64,000 nt of DNA from Octopus sinensis (Eukaryota): assembly GCF_006345805.1 (NCBI RefSeq), contig NC_042997.1:29016001-29080000 (forward strand), given 5' to 3'. Positions 39,629 to 53,250 of this stretch are shown piece after piece (the stretch's first letter is position 1; every line of letters begins with the position of its first letter). The notes beneath the pieces are model-generated. The model made no database searches and was not told the DNA's origin. It saw nothing but the letters and a program-made list of their open reading frames with translations. Both the position numbers and the translations under genes were made by a program.

Positions 39629-39749
39629 ATATATATATATTATGTGTATATATATGTATATCACCACTAAATTACAGGGACGTAAACACACAATCCCGGT
39701 TGTCTTGCGGTGAGAGACACTAACACAGACACATAAATACACAGACACA

Positions 39750-39796
<47 letters not shown>

Positions 39797-40829
39797 GTAT
39801 GTTTGTATGTATGTATGTATGTATGTATGTATGTATGTATGTATGTATGTATGTAGTATGTATGTATGTATGTGTATACATATATATGTGTGTGTGTATG
39901 TGTGTACGTAATAGTCATGAAGAGTTATAGTCATGAATAGTCAAGAAGAGTTAACAAATGGAAGACGCTGATCAAATTACTTAGTGAGCCGGAATTATTC
40001 ACATTTTGTAAAGAAAATATCCGTATCGGTAGAATAATTGATTCTTATTTGCATTGTTTCAATTATTTGCATTCAAAATTGTTTCGAAGTAATGCACACA
40101 AACTTGTTTCTGAATAATACAGTTTATCTTGTTTAAAGTTGAACGAGGTCAAGTCTACGGAAGAATTGTATTCACTCGGAAAATCATCGATGAATACAAT
40201 CTTTCTATTTCTCGAAATAATTTAGAAATAAACTCTTATAATATGGATGAAAATAATAAACGTTTCAACGAAGAGGAAATCAATGTAACTTTCAACTTAG
40301 CGTGTAATAATCAATGTTGTTTTGTGTCATGTATCGCGTACATTTTTCGCTTGTACGCAACGGAAGTTGTATATTTGGAAAAAAAAGGAGCTTCATTCAA
40401 ACTTCTTACATTAATTTCTGTGTCCTTTTATTTCATTGAAAATATTTTGATATATTCTTTACTACATTTTTCTCTATTTTTATACGGATTACAAAAGAAT
40501 GTCAACAAAACAATATTTTCCTCTGTTGTCAAAACTTTTGGTCTAGAACTAAGGAATGCGAAAGTTTTATGTATTGATTAGCCTCTTGTCCAGCTCTTAA
40601 GATACTGGAACCATAGAATTTAATTGTTGTGCTTTTCCACCTCAATATGAAAAAACAAGGTAAAACATACATAAAATTTGTTTTTTCTTCAAAAGCAGAA
40701 TGTTTCCTTAAAATTCTACTGAAAAGCTAGTAAAAATCTTAAAAACTTCTTACAGAAAAGTTACATAAATATTCATACCTAGTTTCCCTTCAATTTGTGT
40801 TTGGAAAATATTTTGAGTGTTTAACTTCA

Positions 40830-41700
40830 GGAAGACCACGAGTCAAGTTGCAGCAATAATCCGCCATTATAATATGTAAGTCCCATCTGCCTTGATACTT
40901 CTGTTACTTGGATTTTACACCCTGATGGAAACGTTCTCGCTGTTCATCATTTGCGTCTCCAAAAATTTCAGGATATTCGTCAAGGAAATTTCCAGAAAAT
41001 TTATCAAGTTGAATGTGAAAATATTGCAGCTATATGCTTGCATTTGCTCCCAAATTTTGTCAATTCTCCAGGATGATGTCGAAAACTTCAGCATAGCTGG
41101 CTTCTTGTTTGTTAGCCTGAAATTCATTTACAACTATTACAAATGAATTCCATAGTGCTGCAATATAAACCAATACACCGAATTTACAGCGGGGGCATCA
41201 TTGTTTGATATGAGACCCATGAACTACGTCATTTTTTTAATCCTTTCACTGCTCAGACCTGGAAATGTGCTGCAGATATAGTGAAAGCATGCTCCATTTT
41301 TATCCAGAGCTTTAACAAACTGCTTAAGAATGCCACATTTGGTATGGAGAGGAGATAGAATGATTGTTCTAATGATTGCTGAACTAAAGGATTATTGACC
41401 TACAGGATCTTAAACCGCATTTAAGACCTTATGGTCAATGTTCGCTGTAGCCAATGTTCGATCACCAAACACATTTCCCTGGCTCTTGACTCCCACATAT
41501 ATATAACGCATGGATATTTTGTGCGTCGACATTGTTGTCCTAGAAGAAAATTGATCATCTTATATTCCACGTATATCACGCATTCATATGGTGGTTTGGG
41601 TATCTTGATAGCCAGACGTGATGCTAATGCATAGATTATAAGTTTGGTTAAGAATAAATTCCGCGTCGGATTCATCATATTTAAACTTTCAAATCAGGTT
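40830..41700 (-). mobile_element. Second Chapaev3/Transib-like transposase pseudogene (C-terminal half)
   Basis: KMINFLLGQQ..TKYPC..WESRA, ILSPLHTKCGILKQFVKALDKNGACF..FPGLS, and GDANDEQRERFHQ..YQGRWD..MADYC (catalytic Glu region). Confidence 0.75.
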
Positions 41701-42610
41701 AAACACACTAACAGCAAAAATTATGTTGGGTTGAGTAATCTTTTCGAGTTTATTTTCAAAGAGACGTATGTTACTTGTCACTAAATAATGGCTGAAGTAA
41801 AATCCCTGAACTTTATGAAGCATCTGCATATATACTATATACTGTAGCAATGTGTACTAAATGATTGAAAATTCTGGAATAGAAGTGATAAAACTTCAGA
41901 AGTCGTTTCAAGTTGTTATTTATTCAATACGAAAATCCCTTCAACTATGATGAATGGCCCAGATTTACATATGTGTGTGTGTGTATGCGCGCGCATGTGT
42001 ATGGGTGTGGGTTCATTCGATTGTGAAAGTGCTTTAGGCCCAGATAATATCGCAGTGATCTAAAAGTGGCGACTACTTCACAATCATATGAAAGAGGTCT
42101 GTAATCAGTCCTATACAGGAAACAGACCAAAAGATTTTAATTATAATGGTATTTAGTTGACGATAGATTTTGTTGAAAAGGAAGACCGCTTCGATAAATA
42201 TGACATCAACCAATTAATATCAATGCTGCGATAATTAATAGCCGAGAAAAAGACACACGATGAGGTATTGGACAATATCTTTAAACAAATAGCGAAAAGA
42301 CACGAATAAAGTACACATACAAGCTGAGTGGCGATGCGCAATGTCTCCATGATAAAAAAATGTTGAAAGGAAATGAGCAGTGTATCCAACAGTTTTGTAT
42401 GCAACTTTGCTTTCCTGTTCAGACGTGTTAAACTTTGTGTGGCTGCACGAATAAAAATAAATGTTTTAGTATCTGTGAAAGATGACTGGCTCAGGAATAG
42501 AGCGCAGATAATTTGCGTAGACATTATATTTCTAGCCGAATTGAAATTTGTGGTATGTAATACATATATACCTCAAATACAACACATGCACACACAAACA
42601 TACATGTGGA

Positions 42611-42680
<70 letters not shown>

Positions 42681-42756
42681 CCTGTATGTGCGTATATATA
42701 TATATATACACATACATACATATATATATATATATACATACATACATACATATATA

Positions 42757-42800
<44 letters not shown>

Positions 42801-42959
42801 AGTAGGTGAATTATCCTATGTCTATCGTCAGCATGGAAAATTCATTTAACCGAAACCTGGGCAGCAAATTCACGTCAGAAACACGGTTGAAGCGACCTGT
42901 CAAGGGTAGAAACTCAGGGTTCATGTTTAGAAATTTGAGTGTTGTATATGAATAAATGA

Positions 42960-45950
42960 AAGAATGGAGTCGAACGAAGATGTTAACAAAATTCCTTTAC
43001 TCTCGACACATGTTTCGGAGACAGCAAGCTTTCATTCCAAAGGAATAAAGGGTGCATTATGCAATCTTCTCATCATTATACGACTTTTAATCCCGGCTAA
43101 GCTTTTACACATTTTATTACATACTGGACAACTGTGCTGGCTGGCAGGAGAAAAAGCTGCCACCATATGCACTTTCTTAACATGTCTTTTAATATATCCT
43201 GCTGGGAAGCGCACCCTTGAACATTTTACACATGTTCTGCTGTGAAGTTTAATAGCCACATCACTGTTTATAATGGTTCGATTTCTGTGAGATTTCTGAT
43301 GGCTCACCAGGCCTGCACGACTCAAAAACCTCCTTCCATAAACCACACACATAAAAAGCAACACTCTCTCACTTTCCACAGGTTCCCCCCTTCTAAGCCC
43401 CATCCTATTTCTCTCAAGCTCTCTCCCACTCAAACCTTGAACAACCATCATGCGCTATCGTCCTCCATCCATCACGGTATTGTGCCTCCCTCTCCTAATT
43501 ACCAGATGCAATTCCTATCTGTACTAGAGCATTTTATAGGCAATCCTTAAACCTTAGTTTATGCTTATGCGCTGGTCTCCTACCGCCTTCCAGCTCACCA
43601 TACAATAGCTGCTTGGAAAGTCGCTCATCACTCATCCTTACCAAATGCTCCCCACCTCAAATATCTTTGCAAAATCATTGACACTATACTTCTACTGCCA
43701 CTCCTCTCAAGCACCTCCACATTATTAATGGCCATTTTCCAGTTTATCTCCAAATGTTTTTTCAGACAGTATTGATGAAATCGTTCTAGTTGCCTTACCT
43801 CCCTACGAGAAACAAACCATTACTCACTTCCATACAACAAAGATGAGAGGACGCATGTCTTATATAATTTGTGAAGATATGTTATAATTTTTCCACAGAC
43901 GCCTATCAAGCCTACCAAAAGCACTACTAGCCCTGCTGATTCTGAATAAAATTTCATCATCAAGACCAGCAGTGTTCAAGGTAATTCCTAAGTAAATAAA
44001 CCTAGGTACAATCTCCAACATTTGACTATTTACAATTATAAAATGTTCCACAGACATCATAGAGGGAGCGGGCAGGTACATTATAACATTTTTCTTTTTA
44101 GATTGATGTTAGACCCAATGCTGCACATGCTTCAGAAATGGCATTCACCATGTGCTGCATTTCTGTCTGAGAATGTGCCAACAGGTCATAGTCGTCTGCA
44201 TACAGAAACGCAACAAGGTGAGAATGCAGACTTTTCGTTTTGGCACAGGGTCTTTTGAGATTGAACAGTTTTACTGTTGTCCTAAATATTATATAGACCC
44301 CTTCGGGGTAATCTTTACAGGCTATTTGAAATACTATTGTGAAATATATAGCAAACAGTGTAGGAGCTGAAATTGGACCTGATAAGGTATCTCCAACATT
44401 AACTCTCACTTCCATCTTGTCATGAAATTTTCTAAGCATTCTCACAAATGTTTCAGGCATCCTAGCTTTTTTAGGATCTCCCAAATTGCAATTCTATTGA
44501 TAAAATCTAACGCTTTTGTTAGGTCAATGAAAACCTGGTACAAGTCCATATCCTGTTCGATGCACTTCTCTTGCAAATGCCTAACTGAAAATATCATATC
44601 CATAGTACTCCTACTATCCCTAAACCCACATTGCGATTCTGGTAGAAACTCATCAGCCATTTGTAGAAGCAATATATCCAGTATTTCCCTACAGAGGACC
44701 TTTCAGCAACAGCTAACTGTCAGATGCCGGGATAATTACTTCATACATACTTTTCCACCTTTAGATTTATATAGCATCTCCATAGCTGCATCACACCAAT
44801 CCGGAGGAACCGCTTCACTTTGCCAAAATCCTCTGAATCACATCTGCCAACATTGCTCAAATATGATCACACCATATTTATATGTCTCTGCACATAGTCC
44901 ATCCATACCAGAGGCCTTCCCATTGTTCAAGTTCTTGATTGCTGCTTTTATTTCAGCCATGTTTGCAACTTCTGCTATAAGATGTTATATTGGTCTCTCG
45001 GGTATATTATCACGAAAAGGGAGATCAACTTCAGTGGGTCTATTGAGTAACTCATCAAAATGTTCTTGCCATCTCCCAGCAATATATTTAGGATTCGTTA
45101 ATCATTCTGTCCCATGCTTTCTCCGACGTGCCGCAACCTTTGATGCAACTCTTCCAAATTTTTTTTTCAAGAGAGAGTAAATAATTTTGGAATTGTTAGC
45201 ATTTGAAGCTACTTGGAGTTCATTGCATCTATCACTCCAGCAATTTCCCTGTATCATCCGTAGCTTCCTCTGCACTGTTGCTTTTACAGCCTTAAAATAT
45301 GTAGTCACTGCCCTGTTCGTTGACATGTCAACATTTTGCAACATGTTAAACGCCTTTCGTTTTTCCTTTAAGATAAGACTAACTTCATCATTATCGTCAA
45401 ACCAATCTTGGTGTTTTTGTTTTTACAACAAAGCCAAGAATGTTACTACAAATCTCGTACACTCTTTCTTCCATCACAGGACAAATTATTTATCTCACTC
45501 ACAAACTCACTGCGTACGGACGGAATCTTATGTTTATTCACATCAATCCGTTTAGGTAATTTGTCATTATGTGCTCTAACCTTAGACTTGACAACAAAAT
45601 TCAACTTGGCACGCAAAAGCCTATGATCAGTCCAGCACTCTGTACCACGCATCACTCGTACAATAGCAAAGTCCCTAGCATCCCGTTTCCTGGTGAGGAT
45701 GTAAGCTGTAAGATGTAATTTCTTAGAACCAGGGTGCATCCATGTCATTTTATATTTATTCTTTAGTGCAAACATTGTATTCATGACACACAAATCCTTT
45801 TCTACACATATTTGTAACAGAAGCAAACCATTACTGTTGGAACTCCTAACTCCATGCTTTCCTAGGACACCCCAAGTCTCGCAATCTGCACCAAAGGGAG
45901 CATTAAAATCAACCAAAATGATAACTAAATGTCACATGTAGGAATTGTTT
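42960..45950 (-). mobile_element. Near full-length RTE-BovB LINE (APE C-terminal part, RT, three C-terminal C2H2 motifs), inactivated
   Basis: DFNA..GKHG..NSNGLLLL..TWMHPGSK..ECWTDHRLL (APE); LPESQCGFR..DMIFSVRHLQEKC..FIDLTKA; YADD; LLYGSE; LSKQLLYGEL; then C2H2 motifs at 43060-43350. There are several stops and frameshifts, and the GVKQG segment is deleted. Confidence 0.9.
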
Positions 45951-46359
45951 ATTCAGTTAGTTAATTCTTTCTTATTTCCTGCTACATATACAATTTGTTA
46001 AATAATGACTTGCAAACGTGAAAAAAATCAACTTTACACGTATCAGAACAAAATGTGTTGCGTTTGAAGGAAGAAAAAATATTTTTCAAAATAATATTTC
46101 GTGTTCAAACAGTTCCCCTGACAGAATTATTACGTATGTATTTGACCTCATTTCCACATTTTTACAATTGATTTTTGCAAATTAGTTTGAGATGTTAACA
46201 GTGCATATATCCTTAATCTAATAAAATTTTCTTATCACAATGCAAATCATTAAAGTTATGATATTCGTGTATTGATAGAATAAAATGATATGAAAAATGT
46301 ATATGAGCATTACAGTTTTTATAACAAGAAGTTAATTTTGTGGAACTTTTTCTCCTATT

Positions 46360-46459
46360 TTACATTTTGACACAGTGTGAGTTTTGGTGGATGTAAAAAC
46401 TAGACTTCGTTACATTTCGACACAGTGTGAATTTTGGTGGATGTAAAAACTAGACTTCG
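46360..46459. repeat. 50-bp tandem duplication (2 mismatches)
   Basis: ttacatt(t/c)gacacagtgtga(g/a)ttttggtggatgtaaaaactagacttcg occurs twice. Confidence 0.9.
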
Positions 46460-46839
46460 TTAACTATTATGATTCTGGTGACTTGAAAATTCATTTAAAA
46501 ATATATCAAAAACATTAAGTTCTTATCATTTGTTACATTTGTTATCAGCTATCCTTAATATATTTCTTGTAGCTCATAATTTTTTATATAATTTAAATTC
46601 TATGTTATCGATCTGTAACGTTAATACTTATGAAACCTCATTTGAAATAGATCACTGAAAAGTTTGTGTAAATACCTTCAACGTAAATCTTTAATTTTAT
46701 TTCAAATTCCCCTTAAAAATACGACATACTAATCTCGTATAATATGAAAGATGGATTCCTTGATTTCGTAATATAATGCTCTCTCTCTGTCTTTATATAT
46801 GTACATGTGTGTGTGTGTATGTGTGCATCATATACCATA

Positions 46840-46880
<41 letters not shown>

Positions 46881-49800
46881 TGGGGTCGGTCGTTTTTCGA
46901 ATAAACACATGCACTATTTATTTTTTCAAAACATTAGTAATATTATTAGATAAAGTCGTACTCGGCGGAAATCAATTTTGCTTTGAACTCTATGGTGACT
47001 AAAACTTGGTACCAGTTGGATGCAGGTTGCGTTTTAACCGACCTATCCTCTTCCCCGCACAACCTGCTGACCTTGTGCCAAAATTAGAAACCATTATTAT
47101 TAGCTATCAGTCACAGTTCTTTCGTCGCGAATATTGTGTTTCTTCAATGACTATGTTCTTGTGTATGTTTCCACTTTTCTTTGTTGTTGTCCTATTCTCT
47201 TGTAAATATTAATATATCCGCGTGCTTTTGCTTTTCAGTCATGTTCGTCGCATTTGTTTACATATGTATGTGTTTTGTGTGTATGTGTGTGTGTGTGTGC
47301 GTGCGGTTTTGTATATAGGACTGTATCCTGTCTCTGATATGTGTTTCGTTTTACCGTCTTTAGTCATGCGGTTGCCTGTAGAAGTGAGGGGTGTTACTAT
47401 TCCATTTCCGTTTTCTTTGAAGGCTTGGGCTAATTTCTATTATGCCTGTAACTTCCGAAATCTAACTCGCTGCTGCGCCTGTGCAATGCGTGGATACGAT
47501 CTTAACTACTATTACCTATCGAGACCCCGTTGTTTTAAATTTAGGATGTTGGAAAAGCACAAGCTTTCCTCCTGCTTGAGTTCTGGCCAACGTCAGTTAT
47601 TCTCCCTCCTATGTTACACGCTATGTCTATTTATGCCGTTATTGGGCTTCAGCACCGTTACTTTGTGTACCTGATTCCAGAGACTGCGTTCCAAATTCTT
47701 CAGTTTATCTCTCGGCTTACTCTACACACTACACACTTCATATCAATACCTGGGTATTCTTTCGCATGGGCATGTTCACACATGTTATTGTCGTACCTGG
47801 TCTTTTTTCACCAGTTTGTTTCGAGGTGTGATAATGATACCTGCCTCAATTTTTGGATATCACTGAAATATTATCGAAATCTATCATTTTTCTTTCTTCA
47901 TCTGAAATGGAAAAACGCATCGGGCCATGTTCTCTGTTTGCAGCTAATTCCTGAACAGACGTCTTTGATGAAATCCATTTCAATAAAGGACCATCCAAAA
48001 ACGAAAACGGCAATTATTGACATTCACATTAGGTAGGTATAGTACTAAAAAATTTAACTTATCAATCTGGACTCATTTATATGATGCTGCTAATGGCATT
48101 TTTTCATATTCCTTTCCACATATATTACGACTGAATAATCAAAAATATATAAGTAACGTGTCTTCATTAGAATAGAATAAAGTAGAGTAAGAAGAGTAAA
48201 ATAAAAATTCAAATATTAAATTATTTAAATTTGTTTATATAATATTCGTGTCAATAATCGGTACGTGGAAACTGCAATTTATATATAATAAAACATAATT
48301 GTTTTGAAGTTTAAATTTTCACATCCCATCAATACCTTGCTCCTTCTTGTTCCTGTCCTTCTTTTCCAGTCTCAAATATTCATTATTGAGACATTCTTCA
48401 CTAGCTTATGAGTAAAATCTTGAAATATCTTACTTCTTTGTATTATCCGGCGTCATCATTCCATTTTTTACTTGTCTCTATGTGATCAAGTTTATATTTT
48501 CTGCCATGATATCAACTGATTTTGCAATGATATCAACAGATCTTCCACGTTGTCTTCATTTAATATGGATTATAAATGATTAAATGCATGTCAGTGTGTG
48601 CTGTCACCATTTTATATGTTGCAATTTGGGAGGAAACCACCACAGCTAAAAATCATTTTTGTGAATGCGAAAAGCATCCAAAAGCATCTCATCTTTGGAG
48701 ATCCACGTTTAATTTCGCAAGTGAGATATTGAGGAACTCAATCGTGACATTAGCGCAAGAAAAGTAAAAAGTAAAATAAATTTCAACGCTAAAATGTTTA
48801 TGAATTATTGATAATCCAGCCGGAAATGCGTAACATTAACTTCTAGACATTCATTTTAACATTTTTAGATTAGTTAAATGCTTAGCCTTATCCGTTTCAG
48901 CACGACCGCAGTCAAATGACTAAAACAAATAAAAGTATAAAAGAAAAAAGAACACAGATCCAATGAACAAAATATTCTGAATACTATATCCGACATAATT
49001 TTTACACCTCAAAGTTTCATGTTTTCAGCGTTATTCCTGCCATGTTTGTCTTATTTTCTATTATATCTAATTATTAAGAGAAGCATGTGATATTTTAATT
49101 AGATCTGATTACACTTCTAGTTGCCCAAATGATTCCTAATATTCTATGTCGTAACGTATCGCTTTGTGATCACGTTCTTCATCAACAGAAGCTGAGGAGG
49201 GAAATCAATAAGTATCCTTTTGAATTAAATTACACATTAGGGGTATTTCATCCAGCGCTATGTTATAATTCATACCTATATTATTCTTGATTTATGCATT
49301 TTGTATATTGCATAGAAATTTACCTGACACACCATTTTGATAATTAAGATTATGCAAAAAAATTTTAATTAGACAAAAAATATTTCACTGAATTACTAAA
49401 ATATTCTGTCCTCGTATTGCTTCTGTAATATTTGCACGCAAGTCTCAGTGAATCACGTTTCTATGTTTGATTCCGAATCCATTATTCATTACGATATTAT
49501 TATTAGTATAAATATAAGTTTTATGTTTGGAAAGAATAAAAGTGCAACGGTTTGTTTTTTTGGGTTTTTTTTTTCTCAAAAACAAATATATGACATTTCA
49601 ATATTTGACTTGTGAATTGTTTGATTCTACAAATGATATTTCTCTGGCGATTTTATCTATCACGCCATGGCAACATTCTCTATATATTAGCATAGGAAAC
49701 AACTAATGATTGATTTCTTTTTTGAGCTGTCGAAATATCAAAAGAATAAAACCTTGTAAAAAAGGTTTAAGAGTGTATGTGTTTATTATTGTTTTATTTA

Positions 49801-51979
49801 TAGTGTGCTACTCAGACATCAATCAAAGAAACAGTTCTTTCTAGGTATGAGTGACATAACGATGTAATAAAATTGAAATACTTGTCAAGAGGAGAGCATT
49901 ATATTATTTTATGACTTGATGTCGCAGTCAAATTTATAACCACTTGACTACAAAACATTCGTAAGAGTGCAAAGAAATTATAAATCGATAGCATACCTAT
50001 GATGTATGATCTGAACATTCTAATATCAGTTATATCCTATTAATATTTTTAACGAAGTCATTCAATTATACTATATTCATTTTTATCATTCCATGCTTTT
50101 CAGTTTTCTTAACGTAGATATCTGTTACATTGCCACTTACAATTCCAAAACAATGAAATCCATAAATTTAACTATAACGTGCGCTCACAGTTAATAATCT
50201 TGTTCCTGTTTAGTCAATAATAATGCAGATCAAATGATATTGAAACAAAAACAAATATGTTGCTCAATACTTTTTACATATATCAAATACTGCATTGACC
50301 AATACGTATGTGTTATTAATACCGTATACTTCTTATTTTCTGTTTATAGCTCATCGAGCAAATTTATGGAAGGTTTTCTGCGGTTATAATTTCACTGAAA
50401 GCCACAATAACGGTATTTTATCGCATGTTTTTTTTTTGTGTTATTCTGTTAAGAATTATGATAATGACATGCTAGTTTGACAAACATATGTTTTTGAAGT
50501 AGCTATGCATAGAAATACAATGTTTTCTTTTAAAGTATCGAAAAGAAAAGGATTCCATATTTTTCTTACTGTCAAACGGTAATTTTCAAAGACTCAAACA
50601 TTTATAAATTTATTTATGCATTCAGGTAAATTTTGTTGTGGTGTTTAAACGAGATAATCAGTCGACAGCAGCAATGTTGTAATAGCAAAAACAATTGCCT
50701 GATATAAATCCTCCGCGGGAATAATAACGCGAAACGGGGTAATGGTTACACACAAATGTTAGAATTTGAAATTTAATATAAAATAAAACGGTCAGTACAC
50801 TCACATTTGCCGGTAGTGGTAGTGATTGTATGATTGTATAGTATTCATCCCACTAGTTTAACATAAAAAAAATAATCTATTAACAAAGAATTTATGTACA
50901 TTATTTGCAGTAACCAAACTGAAAATGTTGCGCGGATAAAACGCAATGTTCAAGGAACATAAATGAAATTATGCCATTTCAAATGTTTGTCACACTGAAG
51001 AACAAAATAAACGTAACCCAGGTTAGCATAATAATATTGAACTAAATTTCAAATGATGGATATAAACAGTAGGAAATGTATTAATAAAGTGTAATTATCT
51101 GGAAATATATAGGTGCCATCTTGCACAGTTCATTATGGGATTAGCGTATGCATAAACATATTCTTAAAATACCAACGACCGACAACATCCTGAAAATCGT
51201 ATATGAATTCTATCAGAAGCAACATCATTTGAATAAGGTATTGCGTAACAGAGAGATAATAGCCTCATATATTTTTCATCGTCTTGCATAACAATGTATT
51301 ATTGAATAAAACATATTTCGTTATCATTGAAGTTATTTGGATGGCGTATACGTTTCTATATTCTATTGTACATTAAAGCACTTAAATCCTGTTATTTCTC
51401 ATACAATCTCAAGAATTGCATGCATATTTTAAGCTAAATAACATATTTTCATGCTGTAGGCAGCCATTTTTTTATTTTCTGTAAACTTAAATGAAAATGC
51501 GAATGAAAAATATATTTTACAAGTACGGGTGAAATAACTTCAACCCATACAAGGAAAAAATAAACACATACGTAATTATTGGAAAGGATGCGTGATATAG
51601 AATTTCAACTGCCAGTTGATGAGGTCACAAGTTGGGAATTCGTGGCCATATTATAGCTGGAATTAATTGTGTATAACAGCATTATTCGAAGACCACACTG
51701 ATTTTGTAAAAGGCCCGGTGAACTGCAGGATTCTAATATGCAGAAATTATAGAATGTTGCTGTAGGATTATGGTATATAAATATATATGTACATGGCATG
51801 GCCATTCATATGGCTTGAGATATGGCCGACAGGGCCGACCTGTGTGGATGTACCCAAAATTTATAACCTGACGAGGTCGGCGATTTCAGGCCCGTCAAAT
51901 CACGCCATAGAAACATCAAACAATATCGCTGAATTGTCGGGCAAAAGCTAGGGCCTTCGGGAGAAGAGGCTTAGATATA

Positions 51980-53250
51980 GCAGGGCCTTGCCTTTGCTCG
52001 ACAATTTACCATCATTAGTGATCTTGATATCAGAATTATAATGAATGCCACGAAATCAATTCTGGTTCATGGCAATTCCTTAGAGGAGAAGAATGAAGGC
52101 AATCTGTTGTTTGCTGTTGCTATGGAGAGATTTAACGGGGATGAAATCCCCGACATCCTCGGGTTATGCACGTTGGATACACTTAAGAGACGTAGCCATT
52201 CACATAGGTCACTGACCTCGTCGGGTTATAGATTTTGGATACCCTTCCATATAGGTCAGCCGTCTATAGGAACGGTAGTCTGGCTATCTCAAGCAATATG
52301 AATGACCACAGCATGGACAGATTCAGGAAGGGCTTGATCAGAATATTCAAAACGTTCGGTTACTACCAAAGTAATTACGGCCTATTTATTTGACGTATCC
52401 TTGAAGATGAATACGGGCAAATACTACTCCTACAGGAAGCCTAATGAAGAAACATTATGTATCTAGAAGAGCTCAAACCAACCTATAGCTCCTTTAAGTA
52501 GAAACTTGGTTTCAGGCATTAGCAAACGGGTGACTAAACCCTCAGCCAATAAGGACCTCTTTCATTGGGCCAAAATCCACAACCACGATGCTTTGGCTGA
52601 GAGGCTTACCCCACCCCAAGAGAATTAAGAAAGGGAAAATAATCTGGTATAATCCCCATTTAACCTACTTGCTTCTGCGGACGTTCCTAGGCGATACTTG
52701 CCGTCAATAAAGTAACATATCCCCAAAGACCATAAGTATTACAAACTCTTCAACCACTATAATGTCAAGGTAAGCTATTGCTGCTCAGACAACAGCACAT
52801 CAACAGACGTAAAACCACATGCACACAACCCCCAACCCTAACCTACAACTTTAAAATCGCTACCCCCTATCCTCTAGGAGGATCCTGCTTCTCAAACATC
52901 TATACTATACAGAACCACCCCTACACCATCCGCTGGCATTACTAGGTACTACACAGGGACGAGAGCCAATAACCTCAAGAGAAGAAATTCACAGCATTTC
53001 ATTCATTTAGATCCAAGGACACAGAACTTCACTTCAATTCACTGTCGTATTTTCTCTTGAGACTTCCTGTACTCCGAGACGAAACACCCAGCATCAAGTA
53101 TATTTTTTATCGATAGGGTGCTGAAATATTCATCCAGCGCCCCTAGTTCCCGGCTGCACTTCAGCCAAAAAGAGCATTCATCTGCCAACTCTGAGTATCG
53201 ATCAGCAAGAAATATGATGTATCGTGTTGCTGTCCATAGAGGTACGCTTT
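51980..53250 (+). mobile_element. Penelope-like element, Naiad-type (RT followed by C-terminal GIY-YIG), degenerate
   Basis: FARQFTIISDLDIRIIMNATKSIL, FAVAMERFNGDEIPDILGL (decayed MGSFDGAE motif), DRFRK-x-LIRIF, FDVSL-x-MNTGKYYSYRKPN, IIWYNP, KLFN..VKVSYC, YN-F..YPLGGSC (decayed CNC..CPL-x-G-x-C) and YYTG..NN-x-KRR. Confidence 0.8.

Noticed and set aside
9142-42809. Many 60-150 aa ORFs rich in YI, CV, HT, SL, poly-L or poly-S
   Set aside because: They are translations of (TA)n, (GT)n, (CT)n, (AAT)n and (CTT)n tracts and have no coding signature.
44422-45626. Plus-strand 252-aa and neighbouring ORFs
   Set aside because: They are antisense shadows of the minus-strand RTE reading frame.
51860-51930. 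CTGACGA-ggtc..ggcc upstream of the Naiad RT as its pLTR hammerhead
   Set aside because: There is no GAAA adjacent to stem II and no matching stem I.
52830-52880. Selenocysteine codons in the Naiad zinc-finger linker (known for some Naiads)
   Set aside because: The Cys positions are TAC, TTT, TAT and TGC, which derive from TGY; there is no in-frame TGA at those sites.
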